DNA of 64,000 bases from Fimbriosthenelais zetlandica (lineage: Eukaryota), in NCBI GenBank assembly GCA_977030845.1, contig OZ365113.1:26660001-26724000 (forward strand). Reading direction: 5' to 3'. Both the position numbers and the translations under genes were made by a program. Every line of letters begins with the position of its first letter. Position 1 is the stretch's first letter. Below are positions 12,381 through 25,270 of this stretch, one piece after another. The notes beneath the pieces are model-generated. The model was not told where the DNA came from. It did no database searches and was given only the letters and a program-made list of their open reading frames with translations.

Positions 12381-15299
12381 TCTTTGAAAAAGAGAACGTT
12401 TGAAAAGTGATTAATCTAGCTTTTCTTTATGACAAAATAACGGCAGCCGGAATGGCAGAGAAACCCCGCAAGATGTAAGCCTAGACTTTGGTTTACTCTT
12501 TCACTTTTTACTCGTCCAATCTAGCAGTATGCCTTTATTACGTCTTCTGACATTTCCCCATTAGGTAATCCAAACATAGGAGTCAATCATTGAATTTATC
12601 TAGTGTAATACTTATAATAGGAAATGCCCTCATCAGGAGAATCCGTCTGATGAGAGATGGGCTTGAGCTGGGTTAGATTCTTATTTCCAAAGGATCAATT
12701 TCTGTAATGAGGATATTGACTGAATGATGTTTCATTTTGAAATCCCTGAAGTTATCAGAGCGGCACGCATTATTGAACGAGGAGCAGCGGTCATAAATCT
12801 CATGATTACACTGTGGGGGTATTTTTTGACGATGAGCTCGTGTTCATTATTGATTCTATTAGTGTCAGGCCATATGACTATGCGGATCATGCTTACAAGT
12901 ATCTTTTGCAATGAATCCAAGAAATGACGAGTGAATATAAATATGCAGTGTCTGACCTCCCAGTTGCCGCATGCCCTATAGCTCATACTCTAATTATTGT
13001 GAATGCAGTCAAGTTGACTGGCAACAGTCCCTACTCTTATAGGCCTAATTTCAGTACGCTGCTTGTAATGGCCATCTTTTATTTAATTTTGAATTTATAT
13101 TACGAATTATATTGAATTTTAATTTATATTACAAAGCAATTCTGAAGGGCAAACACAGAAATCATGTCAAGGACATCATTACATTTTCCCATATACACCC
13201 ATCTAGGCAGCCTTATATAGAGGCCTGGCATCTTTGATATAATACCTTTCTATGAAATATTAATCCAGTCCATCCCATTTCAGTCAGATTATCTACTAGA
13301 GAATGTTATTAAAGTTAGAGGCCATGAAGAGATTAGATCAAGCGACACATGAAGTTTGACAGAACTTGGTGTTCTATATAAAACCAGAAAACCACAAAAT
13401 TCCCTTCAAAATTCCACAAACTTGCAACTTTACAATACAGTTAGTGTTTCAATGCTCAAAGGTTCAAAACCACATGTTGAATGGTGAAAAAAGAGAAGGT
13501 AATTATCAGACTTGTTAATCTAAAAGTGTGAACAGACCGAAGATTCCAAGGGTCTTGAATTTGAAAGGAATCGATGAGGATATGCCATTATCATTTAGCA
13601 AAGGACAAGGAAACTGTTTCATTATAATTAGACAACTTCTCGTTAATCGGATGAGGTTTTTAACTCATGGTTAAATGCATTTGGGAAACACCGGTGACAA
13701 TGATTAACATCAAGTGGTGACCATTATGAGAGACGTCCATGCTTTCGCCCTGTCACGGGAATTTCATGCGACCACAAAAAGATGCTCAGAGATGATTACA
13801 TCAAGGCAAATGGCTTGGGGTAAACGCCTGCTTAACTGCGCTTCTCAATTTTTCTTTGGCATCCGATAATTTTCTAAAGCTCGATTGGATAGGCCACCAA
13901 GTGCTAAAAGAGAAATCGATTATAAGTTTTGTTTTTTCACACAGAATCCTTCCTCTGAAACGGAATTGCCATCAGTATTATGGAGGGAAGTAGTTTATGA
14001 CGGAAATCTTCTGATAAGAAGAATACTGAGAAACATGTAGGACCCTTGACCTAGTGCTCTTTCCATTCCAGATACAGTGATGTACAATTAATCTGTCCGT
14101 GTATATAAGTGCCTGAAGTACACTTATTCACTGTTTTCTCTAAGAAACTTCTGTTTCCCAGGCACATTCTTTGAAAATGGACTTCAAAGGAATGTACCTC
14201 ATTAAATTAACTGTATGAATACAAATACAGGTAATATGTAGAGCTCTCAAGGTTCATACTTTTGGCAAGTCCATATATACAATTATGGGGAATGCTTTTA
14301 GTTCCTAAGATCTATCCGTCAGAGACAAAAATACACTGCAAGGGAAGGCATAGAACCCCATTTTTTAATCGCAAAAAGAAGGTTACAAGTAGGCATTCTA
14401 ACCAGATAGCTTTTTCTTTCGGTACAAATCTTGACAGACCACCGATGACATTAGATTTTTTTAAAGTAATTCCCCCAGGTGTCTGTTGGGCAACCACATC
14501 ATTAAAAGTTCCTACCTCTCCAGGAAAGAGAGTGGAGACAAGGTTGTCACATCGACAGTGCATCAAAGTGAGGAGGTAAAGACAATTTTAAGCAAATGTA
14601 AAGGCTGAGGATTCAGTCAAGCTCCATCAATGCCCTCTGCGACAAGTAAAGACCCCCTCTTATCCGTTCCTTTAGGACTAAGATAAAGGAATCATTGCCT
14701 TTTCTCTGCTCCTTTTCTCCTGTCTTTCTCAATCATCAAACGTAATTTGACATCAATACCTCACAGTATTGAACCATCTCAGGACCGGACATCCACCACG
14801 CCAGAGCTATAATTGAACACACATCCACAAAATGATTGAATTTCCTTTTGCGGAGACTGTATCCAATTAATGAGTCAATTTGGCGGTTTCCCCGCATGAA
14901 ATAACACGTCCTTTGCTGGCTATTATCTCAGTCTAAGTGGAATGTAGTGGATGCTTTTAACTAAACAATATAAGAAGTAAATAGATCGACAACGATTTCT
15001 TCCAATTTCTCAACTCAACATGTTGGATTTAGCGAGACGCATGCAACCTGAAATAACTACCAGAGAAAAATAAGCAGCTGGTACTGGCCTCAAGCTAGGC
15101 TCTACATATCCAATTGTGATAAAATCAAGCCATCCATTAATGTCTACATGTTACCAATACAGGTCAGAAGTCAAAAGCCTTCCATATCCAAATGTTGACC
15201 TCCAAAATGAAATCTTGGCTTTCCTCCGGGAAGCATGAACATATTTTCTGATGGGTCATGAAAGGGAAACTGGGAGCCTCTGGGGTAGAGATAAGATGA

Positions 15300-15720
15300 C
15301 TGATTCTAACACTATTAGCCAGCATGCAACCACAACTCATGCCCCTGAGCAAAGGTCGCTCACTACAGTCTTGTCCCCAGCAGAGTATCTCGAGGTTGGC
15401 ATCAATATTCCTTGCAGACTTTATTCACATCCTCAGCAGATCGCAATTTCCTGTAGATGGGAGCACCATCTGATTAAAACTGTATCAAAATCTGCTGCAG
15501 ACTCTTAAGAGATCTGCTACAGCAGATCACAGAAATCCTCCAGGCGTAACCACAATCACTTGCAGACTTGTAATATTTATCCTTCACAGATCAGCACAAC
15601 AATCAAACACTTTGATATTTCCGATCTGCCAAGAGACGTATCTCCTGCTGACAAAACAGGAAAAAGCACTTGATCTTCAGCGAGATTTGTGTTTTCGAGT
15701 GGACTGTTCCATACAATTGC
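15300..15720 (-). mobile_element. Decayed LINE RT fragment (I/Nimb-like)
   Basis: RKHKS-(frameshift)-AEDQVLF...QEI at about 15700-15640 matches GFRKHRSTEDQ..L.QEI. It is followed by KVFD at about 15615-15605 (KAFD motif). Confidence 0.5.
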
Positions 15721-17477
15721 CTCTGTCTATTCACAGAGTTCTTTACATTCCAAAATAACATTTTTAGCATCTAACGATTACGATTATCTCACATCCCTTT
15801 GAAAAGTAGTAGTTGCAAGTGATGATCGAAGGAGATAATACAAAACCAAAGTAACAAAGACAATGTCTTAAAAGATTTGATTTGTGGTGTTTCCCCAGTC
15901 ATCAACAATTCATGTGTACCAGGCACTAATGAAGTCTTAGGACCTGTTGCTGGGCGGTGCTTCCCTTTCTTTCACTTATTGTTTAAGGCAGGAATAATCA
16001 AATTGGGAAGTGTGTGAAATATTAATACCCCTGAGACACTTTTTATACATAGTACTTGGAGGAGAGGGTACGGAATCAATCAGTTTAACTTTCAAGATTT
16101 TTACAGGAGTTCCTTTGACAACTCAAATATTTGTTGTGCTATAAAATTAGGTTTACCTATTTCATTCAAGAAAAATATTAGTGTCCAGAATTACTTTCGA
16201 TCTATTTCAACCAGTATTATATAGTTTACCGTTATAATTTTAGAAGAGTGCATGAACAAAAGTGAAGGTATCCACTGACAACATTTAAGTACTGTTAGAA
16301 TCTAAAAAACAACCTGATTGCTATCTAGCATCTGCCCAATGATGTGCTTGCGTGCTTGAAGCCTTTAGCTGAAGATTTTTCATTTTTGTTATGTTTGTGT
16401 GTAGCATTTGGCGGTGCATCCTTTATGATCTTCTTTCAGGAAATATCTATAATGTCGTTATTGTCGACAACAATCCATTCAAGGGCCTGAAGGTTGGTTC
16501 AAGCAGTCAACAAATCTAGTCTCTTCCTTTGCCCTTTTCCAAAGCTATAACAGAAACAGCTGCTGTCTTGTTTGGAAAGTAAACAGATTCGTCTTTTATG
16601 CATAAATAATATCCTAAATGTCAACTTTGAGGATGTCTTGCAGGATGCATAAAGGAAGAGATCCTTTATGAATGAATAGCTATAGGAAACGTTATCCAGT
16701 TCTTCGGTGCTTTTTCTTTTCGTATCAGGCAAAGGAATATATCTTCAGGATAAATGCATCTACCTACTCAACTGTATAGGCCTTCGAGAAAGATATCTCA
16801 AGATTGCCTGCATTAAAAACCAACTCAGCGACACCAAATTAACAATAAGCAAAGGTGTAGACTCTAAATACTCTTGCCCGCTGGTTGCTTTCCTTCAAAG
16901 CATTTAATAAGAATGACAGTGATATTCCTTTTACCTTGAAGTCAACATTTAACTATTCTTCCAAATGTTCTGCATAATAAAAACCATGAATGAAAGGATG
17001 TCTTTGTTCCATTAAAGGAAGTATATATTCCACAGGCACTGTATAGCAGATCATATGATATGAGATGCACAATTCCACAATAGGAAAGATAAATAAATCT
17101 CTATTCAGATATTCATCTCAATACTTCACCAGAGTTTCATCCAAATACAAATGTCTGGTTATAGCTGCAAGCCAAAGACAGTGAGTGCCTTTTTTCATAT
17201 GAATTAACGTATTGTATATTTGATAGACCCATTTCATTATAAAGCAATAGCGATCCACCTGAAAAGGAACAAATTTCCTGCAGTCAATTATTCATTGCCT
17301 AGATCTATGTATATTGTAGATTCACATTCGAAGACGGAATAACAAAGCCACAGACAGTATAGGTAGTATGCATACTTAATCTGAGTGGAAATAAATTCCC
17401 CAGCATGTTACATCGGCTGGAGGGAATGGGTAATATCAGGTTGTCTGAAATAGTATAAACATGTATCTGACAATGTA

Positions 17478-17872
17478 AGCTCACAGTTGTGACAAATCCA
17501 TGAGCTCACAGTGTCACATACAGCTCACATGGGCCTCACACTGTGCGTTCACCATGTGAGCTCACTATGAGTTCACCCTGAGGTTATTACACATTAAGCT
17601 CACTGTGAGGTCACACTGTGAGGCTATTGTCAGGTTATATCACAGGATTCTCACTCTGTGAGATCACCGTGTGACCTCACTGTGCAATTACCATGAGGCT
17701 TCATTTTTAGCTCACTGTGAGGTCTGAGTATGAGCTCACTGTGAGACTTCTAGCTCACTGTGAGACTTCTAGCTCACTGTGAGATCACTGTGATATCATA
17801 TTCCTAGCTAGGTATAAAATCTTTACGCAGAGGACTCCCAGTTACTTACTCTTTTCAGACAGCTGCACTGTG
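17478..17872. repeat. Degenerate minisatellite of the interrupted palindrome (AG)CTCACWGTGAG
   Basis: Eleven perfect CACWGTG heptamers (17507, 17539, 17601, 17614, 17678, 17713, 17737, 17756, 17775, 17786, 17866) plus variants. A perfect 19-bp unit agctcactgtgagacttct occurs x2.7 at 17733-17784. Confidence 0.9.
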
Positions 17873-18049
17873 ATATATAGGCTGTTGTACAACTATAAGC
17901 TTCAAATTATGGTTGTACAATGCCCAATAGAGAGATATAACGTGCCAGATGTCCCCACCTAATACTACTACAGACACATAAATACGACTATATAACTGGA
18001 CGTATATTCCCTCAATGGATGTGTTTGTTGGCGTGCCATAGCTGGGACG

Positions 18050-18250
18050 GTCGTGTTATAGCATGGGACAGTGTCATAACGTCCACCTGAGAGCCACAGA
18101 AAACGAGAACCAGCTACAACTCCATTCCTTCACCAGATCTTGTCTTTGCTCGCCAAGATCTGGCCTCCTCACTCATGAGAAATTCTCTCCAATAAAATTG
18201 ACTCTCTTGGCATCTGTGGTCAAAGAAAACCATCATGTTTATAATTGGTT
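18050..18250 (+). mobile_element. Decayed LINE apurinic endonuclease fragment
   Basis: SPDLVFARQDLA at 18130 onward matches the late APE motif (S/T)xPDLxF of I-group LINEs. Stops lie on both sides. Confidence 0.35.
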
Positions 18251-19752
18251 CATACAAATATAGAAATTAAGTATTGGCACTTCATTATGGTCCAATTTTA
18301 TGTATTATTCGGACAGACTATTCAATAGATATTGATCATGTGAAAGTAATTCTGTGGGATATTAATAGAGCCAATAGTCAGTCCCCTAGAAACAGGTTAA
18401 CTAATTCCATATTGTTTGATTGTTTGACAGTTCTTCAACTGATCAATACGTCAAAAGCACACAATATTACTGTTACACGTTCTTGCAGACAGAAGCCATC
18501 TGATTTCTAGTGCATGATACCATCAACTTGGTTGGCTGAGACCTGAGGAGAGTGGTACTGATATAAAAACTGAGCTGGCTTAGGATTTATCAGTGCAAGG
18601 AGAGCGAAGTACAGACGCCGAGAAGATCCCATCTGCAAACCTTTGGCAGAGAGGAAGAGAGGTGTAGCTGCAGCTGAAATAACAGTCTAGGTTTTACCAG
18701 ATTTTTGGCCAATTTGACTTGGGGGCAAGTACGCCAAAAACAAAGTGCATTCCCCTACCGGGATTAAATCCCGTACCGTGGTCGTTCTAAACCTGTAAAC
18801 CTTGCAATACGTAGGCCTAATTTGTTATAAATTCGCCCATTCTCAGACACAATTAGGTCCCAAACGCCAGATTTACATGATATATGATCAGACCATGACT
18901 GATTCATACTTATACATCATGATCACTCTGCCCTGTACCTAGAGGATTTATGGTACAGCAATCAATAATCTCCATTCGGACAATCCATTAGAGCTAAATG
19001 TAAGTTATTTATTCAATGGCGGACGTGGAAATTACTTATTTTTTTATGTCATTTTATGTTTCACCAGTGACAAATGCAGGGGTACATTTCCATGATAGGT
19101 TGATTAGGTAAAAAGTGGTCGGGGAATCAAATTGGGTGTCTCAGGTTTTTCCCCCTCACAGCACCCTGTGATGTCTTTATTTCATCAGGCATGCAAAGGC
19201 TGTGGCAGGCAAAGCACAAACACAGTCGCTTCCTGTTCCTTATAGCCTGTCTCACTTGTCGATAGGAGGCCTTTACTTCTCATTCTGACCTCCAACATAT
19301 CAATGTCTTTCAAGGGACTATAGCAAGCATAGGGACCCAACTCAAGGGAGAGTGGTGTCAAAAGACAAGTTGCAAGTATTTTAACCATCCATATGAGCCA
19401 CATTCATGGATCTATCTAAATTTGCTTAATTTTATTTCAATTCAACAGATCTATATCTATCTGTATTTGCAGCAAAACTGTTTCAAAGACGAGTATTGTA
19501 GGCGTTATGTTAATAGGTGGATAAAAGATCTTCTGAGAACACTGTTCTGCTGTCCAACAGGAAGGAGATGATGCAGTAGATGTATTATTGAGAACTGAGG
19601 TGAACAAAGATGAGCAGAGATAATAAAGCATTCAGTAAGCCATCATAAAGCGACCTCTCACTGAGTTGAGGTCTGGGGAAAACAGCACCAAGGCGCCTGA
19701 CATTGTCCAGGCATGTCCTTTGTCTGTCAACAATGATATAGTGCATTTACAT

Positions 19753-19940
19753 CACTCTCAAAGTCTTGCACTCATTCAAGTCCACAGACTGCACTCTCCA
19801 TATCCACAACCTCCACACTCAAAGCCAACAGAGACTGCACTCTCAAAGCCTACAGGCTGCACTCTCAAGGCCTACAGACTGCACTCAAAGCCTAGGGACT
19901 GTACTCTCAAAGCCTACAGACTGCAGACTCAAAGCCAACC
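19753..19940. repeat. 20-22-bp minisatellite
   Basis: Consensus cactctcaaagcctacagactg, with about 5.7 clear copies at 19816-19940 and degenerate copies from about 19753. Confidence 0.9.
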
Positions 19941-20129
19941 GCATGAAGAAATCTTAATGAAATATCATGAAATGATTTCCCATGCACTAATGAATTGCTG
20001 CGCCTCGTAATTAAAAACAGGCAAATAAAGGTATCCTCCGGAAAACTAATTTCTAGAGCAATTTCCTTGAAGTAGTCATTAAGACATCAAGCAACCATCA
20101 AAATAATAATTGTGTAAAGTACTTCACAG

Positions 20130-20720
20130 TTTTTGAAGGAACTACTCCTTTTACTTAGTCCAGTCTGGTACAAATTTCATGAGTACTTGAGACAATTGTA
20201 TCCTTACACAATGCATGGGAATAATCCTCAGGAAAAAGGTGTAATTTGCTTTAAGAAGATGAAAGCCTTCGGTGGGTGGCTCAGCCTGGCCGATGACCCC
20301 AGATTTTCACCTTTCTTCAATTGATTAAAATCGGTTAATCAGTGGTTAACTAGTGCCTGGATGTGAGGGCCTCTCATCCAATACCTTCTAGCCAGCCCAA
20401 TATCCATCTACAATCTGAACAAGCTAACTCTATAGTCAAGCAAAAGATGCCTTCCTTGATCCCTTCTTGTGCAGGCCCATCTGGGGATGCACCCAGTGGG
20501 ACATGAGAATATTTAACTGTTATTAATAGACAGTGTGATTGTATCCCAACAATAAAACCTCTAATTGTGGGACTAATAGGAAGAAGATGGCCACCAACTT
20601 CATTAAGAATCAAATTTTCAACCCCGTGCCAACGATCTAATTACCAAAAGTATGTCACGTTTTCACGATGGCAGGGCCATCCCTTGTCAATCACACTCTA
20701 GGAGCCATCTCTGATGAGGA
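20130..20720 (-). pseudogene. Decayed YqaJ/lambda-exonuclease-like gene, probably the second ORF of a DNA transposon
   Basis: Ordered motifs on the minus strand: RV*LT (RxRLT-like, 20699-20685, different frame), WHGVEN (20631-20614), RGFIV, and LGASPDG (20496-20476). The downstream EIKCP motif is not preserved. Confidence 0.45.
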
Positions 20721-22249
20721 GCAATGCAGGTGTTCGTTAGCCACTTCTTGCAGTATTCAAAGGACTTCGTGGAATGAGAAGTGTGTGGTAATTAGCAAAA
20801 TCAACACTGCTGCTGTGTTTTGCCAGCCACAGACTTTGAAATCCCCTTTCTCCCTCTCTTTCGAAAAGCCAAGGCCGCAGTCCTGTAATGTAGGTCATTT
20901 TGAGTTGTCCCATTCAGCCAGAGTAGTCTATGAAAAGTGGACCTTTTGGACCTGCCACTAAAAAGCAATTTTGGCTGTGGGATGCCAATGTTGGAGCCCA
21001 CTAATGGGTGTGTTCGAAGACCAAAAAAACGAACACGTCTGAGATTATTGAGGGAATCATGGCTATCAATTTGTCCTGTGTCTTTCATTCTTTTCATAAA
21101 GGAACACATCCTTTCATTGATCTTGAGTGAAAGACAGGACCCTTGATTTGACAGAGGGATCTGTTATTTCAAGGCGAGTGTGCTTGGTAAATCCTTCATC
21201 CCACATCCCTGTAGAATGTCTGGGCCACTAACTTACAAAGCCTTTCTTCCAAGCCCCCTTTCTCTCGGTGGCCAGGATCTCTTGCAGCCATTTTACGCAA
21301 GCTTTTAGTGGAATGAAAAACTTACCCAAGTGGTCGACTATAAGAGGTTCATCGTTGATTCCCTCTTCGCATAGTTACCCTGCCTTTTTCCTGACTGATG
21401 AACTTACATTCTTATATCCATCGTGGAAAGTAAGCCACTATACATACATAGTGGCATAAAAAAAGACACTTACACAGATCAGAAAACAGAAGTATAATAT
21501 TTAGATCTCTTCCTAGTAGGTGGAAATTGCATTTACCATGGGCACCTTTTCAGAACAAATATTTTCTGTCGACTTAACATTGCTAATCGTTGTTTTGAAA
21601 CGGGCTCCATGGGGTTGTGTGATCAGGGTTTGTGTATGTTCAGTTAGTTCTACCATGTCTGCCAGTTTATCAACTTGGCTTGTAAACTTCTGTGAAATGC
21701 CAATTACTGGCATATAGGATGCTAGGATAGCTGGGAGTGATGTAATTAATTGGGTATAGGGTCTTTGACCTTAACGAAGCCTTGCTTGACGTCAGAATGC
21801 CGACTGACCATACTAATAATGAATAGACCATTGCATAACATATACACCAGTCACCTTCCCTCACCAAGACCATTAAGGCCACATGCCATGCCAGCATTCA
21901 TCATAATAGAAAGCGTTCCCATGGAGAAATGGCCTGTGAAAACAGACCTTGTGTTATTGGAAGCTGGACAGAAAGCAGACACATGCCCTGCTGACTCCAC
22001 ATTGGAAGATCAATTATCCTCCCTGGAAGACGGAGGATATTTTGATGTCCATGTGGAAGCTGGAAACAGCATGGGAACAGATTTGGGAGGTAGAGTACAA
22101 GCGGGCCCAATGGCGCATAAGCCATATGACATAGTTATACGAGCCTATGCCCTCTTTGGAAATGCGCAATTGCCCTCCCCGCTGAATTCCAGGCACGTAG
22201 GCCCTGTTCTTTGTAAGCACCATTAAAGGTATCTATGACCCAAGACTGA

Positions 22250-22400
22250 AAAGATGATTCATATCTCTCCCAGCTGCAACACTAGATCCAAGTACATAAT
22301 ACATATCTTCTGCACAATACCAATATACCTTTGTTACCATCGAGAGGGGCTTTGGGCCTTGTGAAAATGGCCACTTCAGATATGAATCACTCTGCTGGTA
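22250..22400 (-). mobile_element. Possible Ty3/gypsy integrase N-core remnant
   Basis: KWPFSQ-GPKPLS then, after a frameshift, DGNKGILVLC resembles WPF..D..GPLP.S.GNKYILV.CD. Confidence 0.3.
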
Positions 22401-24889
22401 AACGCTGGAGCAGCCTCGGCCAGGCATAATGGCCGGATTAGCATGCATCCTACAATATGTACATAGATAGAGAAGGTCTTTACGAGGAAAGCAAGCCAGA
22501 CCCGGCCAGTCTAATTCATGATAAGAGAGATCTTGCTAAGTGTGTTGATTCGATATTGTCACCATGATTATAGTGATTTCTAACAGCGGACGTGTTGTAT
22601 GTGAACATAAACCATCACTGCCATCTGTATTGTAAATCATTTCCCTCTCTTAAAGTAAGTCCTATCGACCAACTAATATTGGTTATACTCCGCATGGACT
22701 GGTCCGCGTTTAAATTATGCCTTCGGAGTTAAAATGATTGCAACGTTATTGGATGCATGTCTCTGAAGTTGCTGAGAAGAAAAGGACTATATAATGATTT
22801 GGAACACGACAACCACAATACAAATCGGAAAATACTTATTACTGCGTATTTTATCATACACAATTTGAGTTATAAATATCAGGCATATCAATTATTTTGT
22901 TTATTGGTGATCCTCGGTGTTAATAGGGAAAGAGGCAGATTGCAAATTGTTCTTCTTTCATATTGCGTTCTGCACCTTCAAAGGATTGATCTGCATCCTA
23001 TCACATTAAAAAAAGTCCTCTCAACGAGTTCTAAATGTCAGTGTTTTTTGGGCTCGATAGATAATTAGCCTCTACTTGATAGTTTCGAGCAAGGACAATC
23101 AGTCGAATCGGGAGAGGAAGCAAATAAAAATACTCCCCAGCAAAGTATGGTAATAATACAAGCATTTAGGAGCTTCCTGTAGGCCTACGTATACGGTCTG
23201 CTGACTAAGCTTCTGAATAAACAGTGCAATAAACAGTAAGGAAAAAATGTTTGTGAGTTTTTTTTCAAATCGTTAGTGCTCACTGTTTGCTTTAGTTATT
23301 GCAGTCACATGAGTAAAAACACAGATGAAATATGAGTGGAAATACGCCTTCCTGCAATACACCTACCAATTGGAAATCTTTCTTACGGGGTCGACCTGTC
23401 CGTCAAAAGATTTTTCACAAAATGAAATTCAAAACTTCAGTATGACAGGCCTCAGTGAGCATACCAAACTTAACACTCTGCATGCTGGGGGCCTTGGATT
23501 ATAGAGGGGGAAACGGCACGAAAAAATCACTTCCTATCTGACTGCGAGATATTCATTTGGCATGATGGAAGGTGCTCAGAGGCCCTCAACCTGGGTGTCT
23601 GTACAGACTCTGTAGTAAAACTCGACCATCTGTGTCAATGGGAGCAAAGCACGACACTCAAGCATCCATAGCCAGCAGCCATGACACATTCGTGAGTGCA
23701 GGCGATTGTTACATCAGGCTTGATTCAGGCATAATTCAGAATTTCTCCACCCCCACCCACCCATTCATATCAGCAACATTATTCACCAGTTTCAATATTC
23801 ATACCCAGTAGGTTTTTACCTCTGGGGCCCCTTTTGAAACTCTTGCCAGTAAAATTCCATACCTAATGTCCTTCTATTCCCGTTTTTCGCAGAGAAAAAT
23901 GCAACGAAAATAAAATAAACCGTATCCATGAGACAGATCTTCAAGTTTGTCAGGAAAGGGGTTACGCCTTTACGACTGTTCATATGAATTCATATTGCAT
24001 CACGGAGGGAAGATAAACTATTCAATATGAATAATGCCATATTAGTGTAGAGCATTTTTCTGGAGGTAATCCATCACTTTGCTTTTAAATTGTCACTTAC
24101 AATCATGACTGGGGAAGTATGTCATGTTACTAATATAATGCCAGCATTTTTCACCTCAGGACTTTTCATATAATACATACTCCAAGGTCGAGCAATGTAA
24201 CACACCACTATACCGCCCCTTTTATAAGGCTTCGACAAAGCAAGTGATTACCAACCAGCCACCAATACTCCAAGCTTCAGGCTAATCCACAAGATAAGGA
24301 GAGAAAGCTCTCTGCGATCGCCATTATCTCTTGGTCTGCGCCTTTTTTCGTGAGCACTGAATGGACCATCATTTTCTGCTGTTGTAGATGTGGCTCTTGG
24401 GGCTACCATAGAGGACACCTGCCCTCACTAGACATTCAATTTTTGTCCCTTAATTCCTTCTAGATTTACAAAAAATAAATCAGTGATGTGCTCCCCCATC
24501 CCCCACACCCTCCGTAGAGAGGGAATTCCTTCAGCCATGCCTATATAGATGACCTCCTCTGATTTTAATCCATCCAAGTGTTGGTGTTCAGGACTCCTTT
24601 CCCTTCCCCCGTGTGCACTTCCCCTTCCTTTCATTCCTTTTCTTGGCAGAGTTGAATTGTCTTCCATTCTTCACAGCCTCAGGGTGCAAAGTGTAGGTCA
24701 ATAGGGGTGAGTCTTCATCTAGCCAAGTGGCTTACCCAGGGGGAGCCTTACCGATAGGTGATTTTTCAAGAAATGAATCTTCCATAGAAAAACTGATGTT
24801 CTCGTCTCACCGAAAAAGGACCTTCTAATTCATAATATTTCTCATTGAGAAATTGAAGAGTTCCTCTGGAAGCAATAATGCACATGCAC

Positions 24890-25270
24890 GAAACCCAATG
24901 GAGTGCCCCCCATGGCCACAATTTTCTAGGATCAAATTATTAAGCTCAAGGACTAAGGCAAGCTGGGATCACCACTGCTCAGGGCGGAATAGCGTTCATT
25001 ATAACCAGATGATACAGCCCCCTTAGCCCCCTAGGATCGATAACCACATTCTGCATGCAAAATGCATGCACAAAGCATGGTTTCTTTTGTTAATCTGATG
25101 GATGATGGGCGACCTGGAAGGGGCTATATTAGGAAGGCGCATGGGTTTGTCAAATGAAAGGCTCCAGTGCTTCAGAAGCTGAGACTACCATCTTGTAACA
25201 CCACACCTTCTCGTGCACACACTACCCCAGCGGTGTAGTCTTCTATCTCTGGGGGGCTTTTTCGGCATCG
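24890..25270 (+). mobile_element. Decayed LINE RT fragment
   Basis: NGVPP... at 24897 (GVPQG-like, frameshifted), DDTA at 25008-25019 (YADDTA) and GVVFY at about 25232 (LGVxFD-like), in the expected order. Confidence 0.4.

Noticed and set aside
17478-19940. Repeat arrays considered as CRISPR-like
   Set aside because: Units are contiguous or irregularly spaced, with no constant-length unique spacers and no cas genes, in a spliceosomal eukaryotic context.
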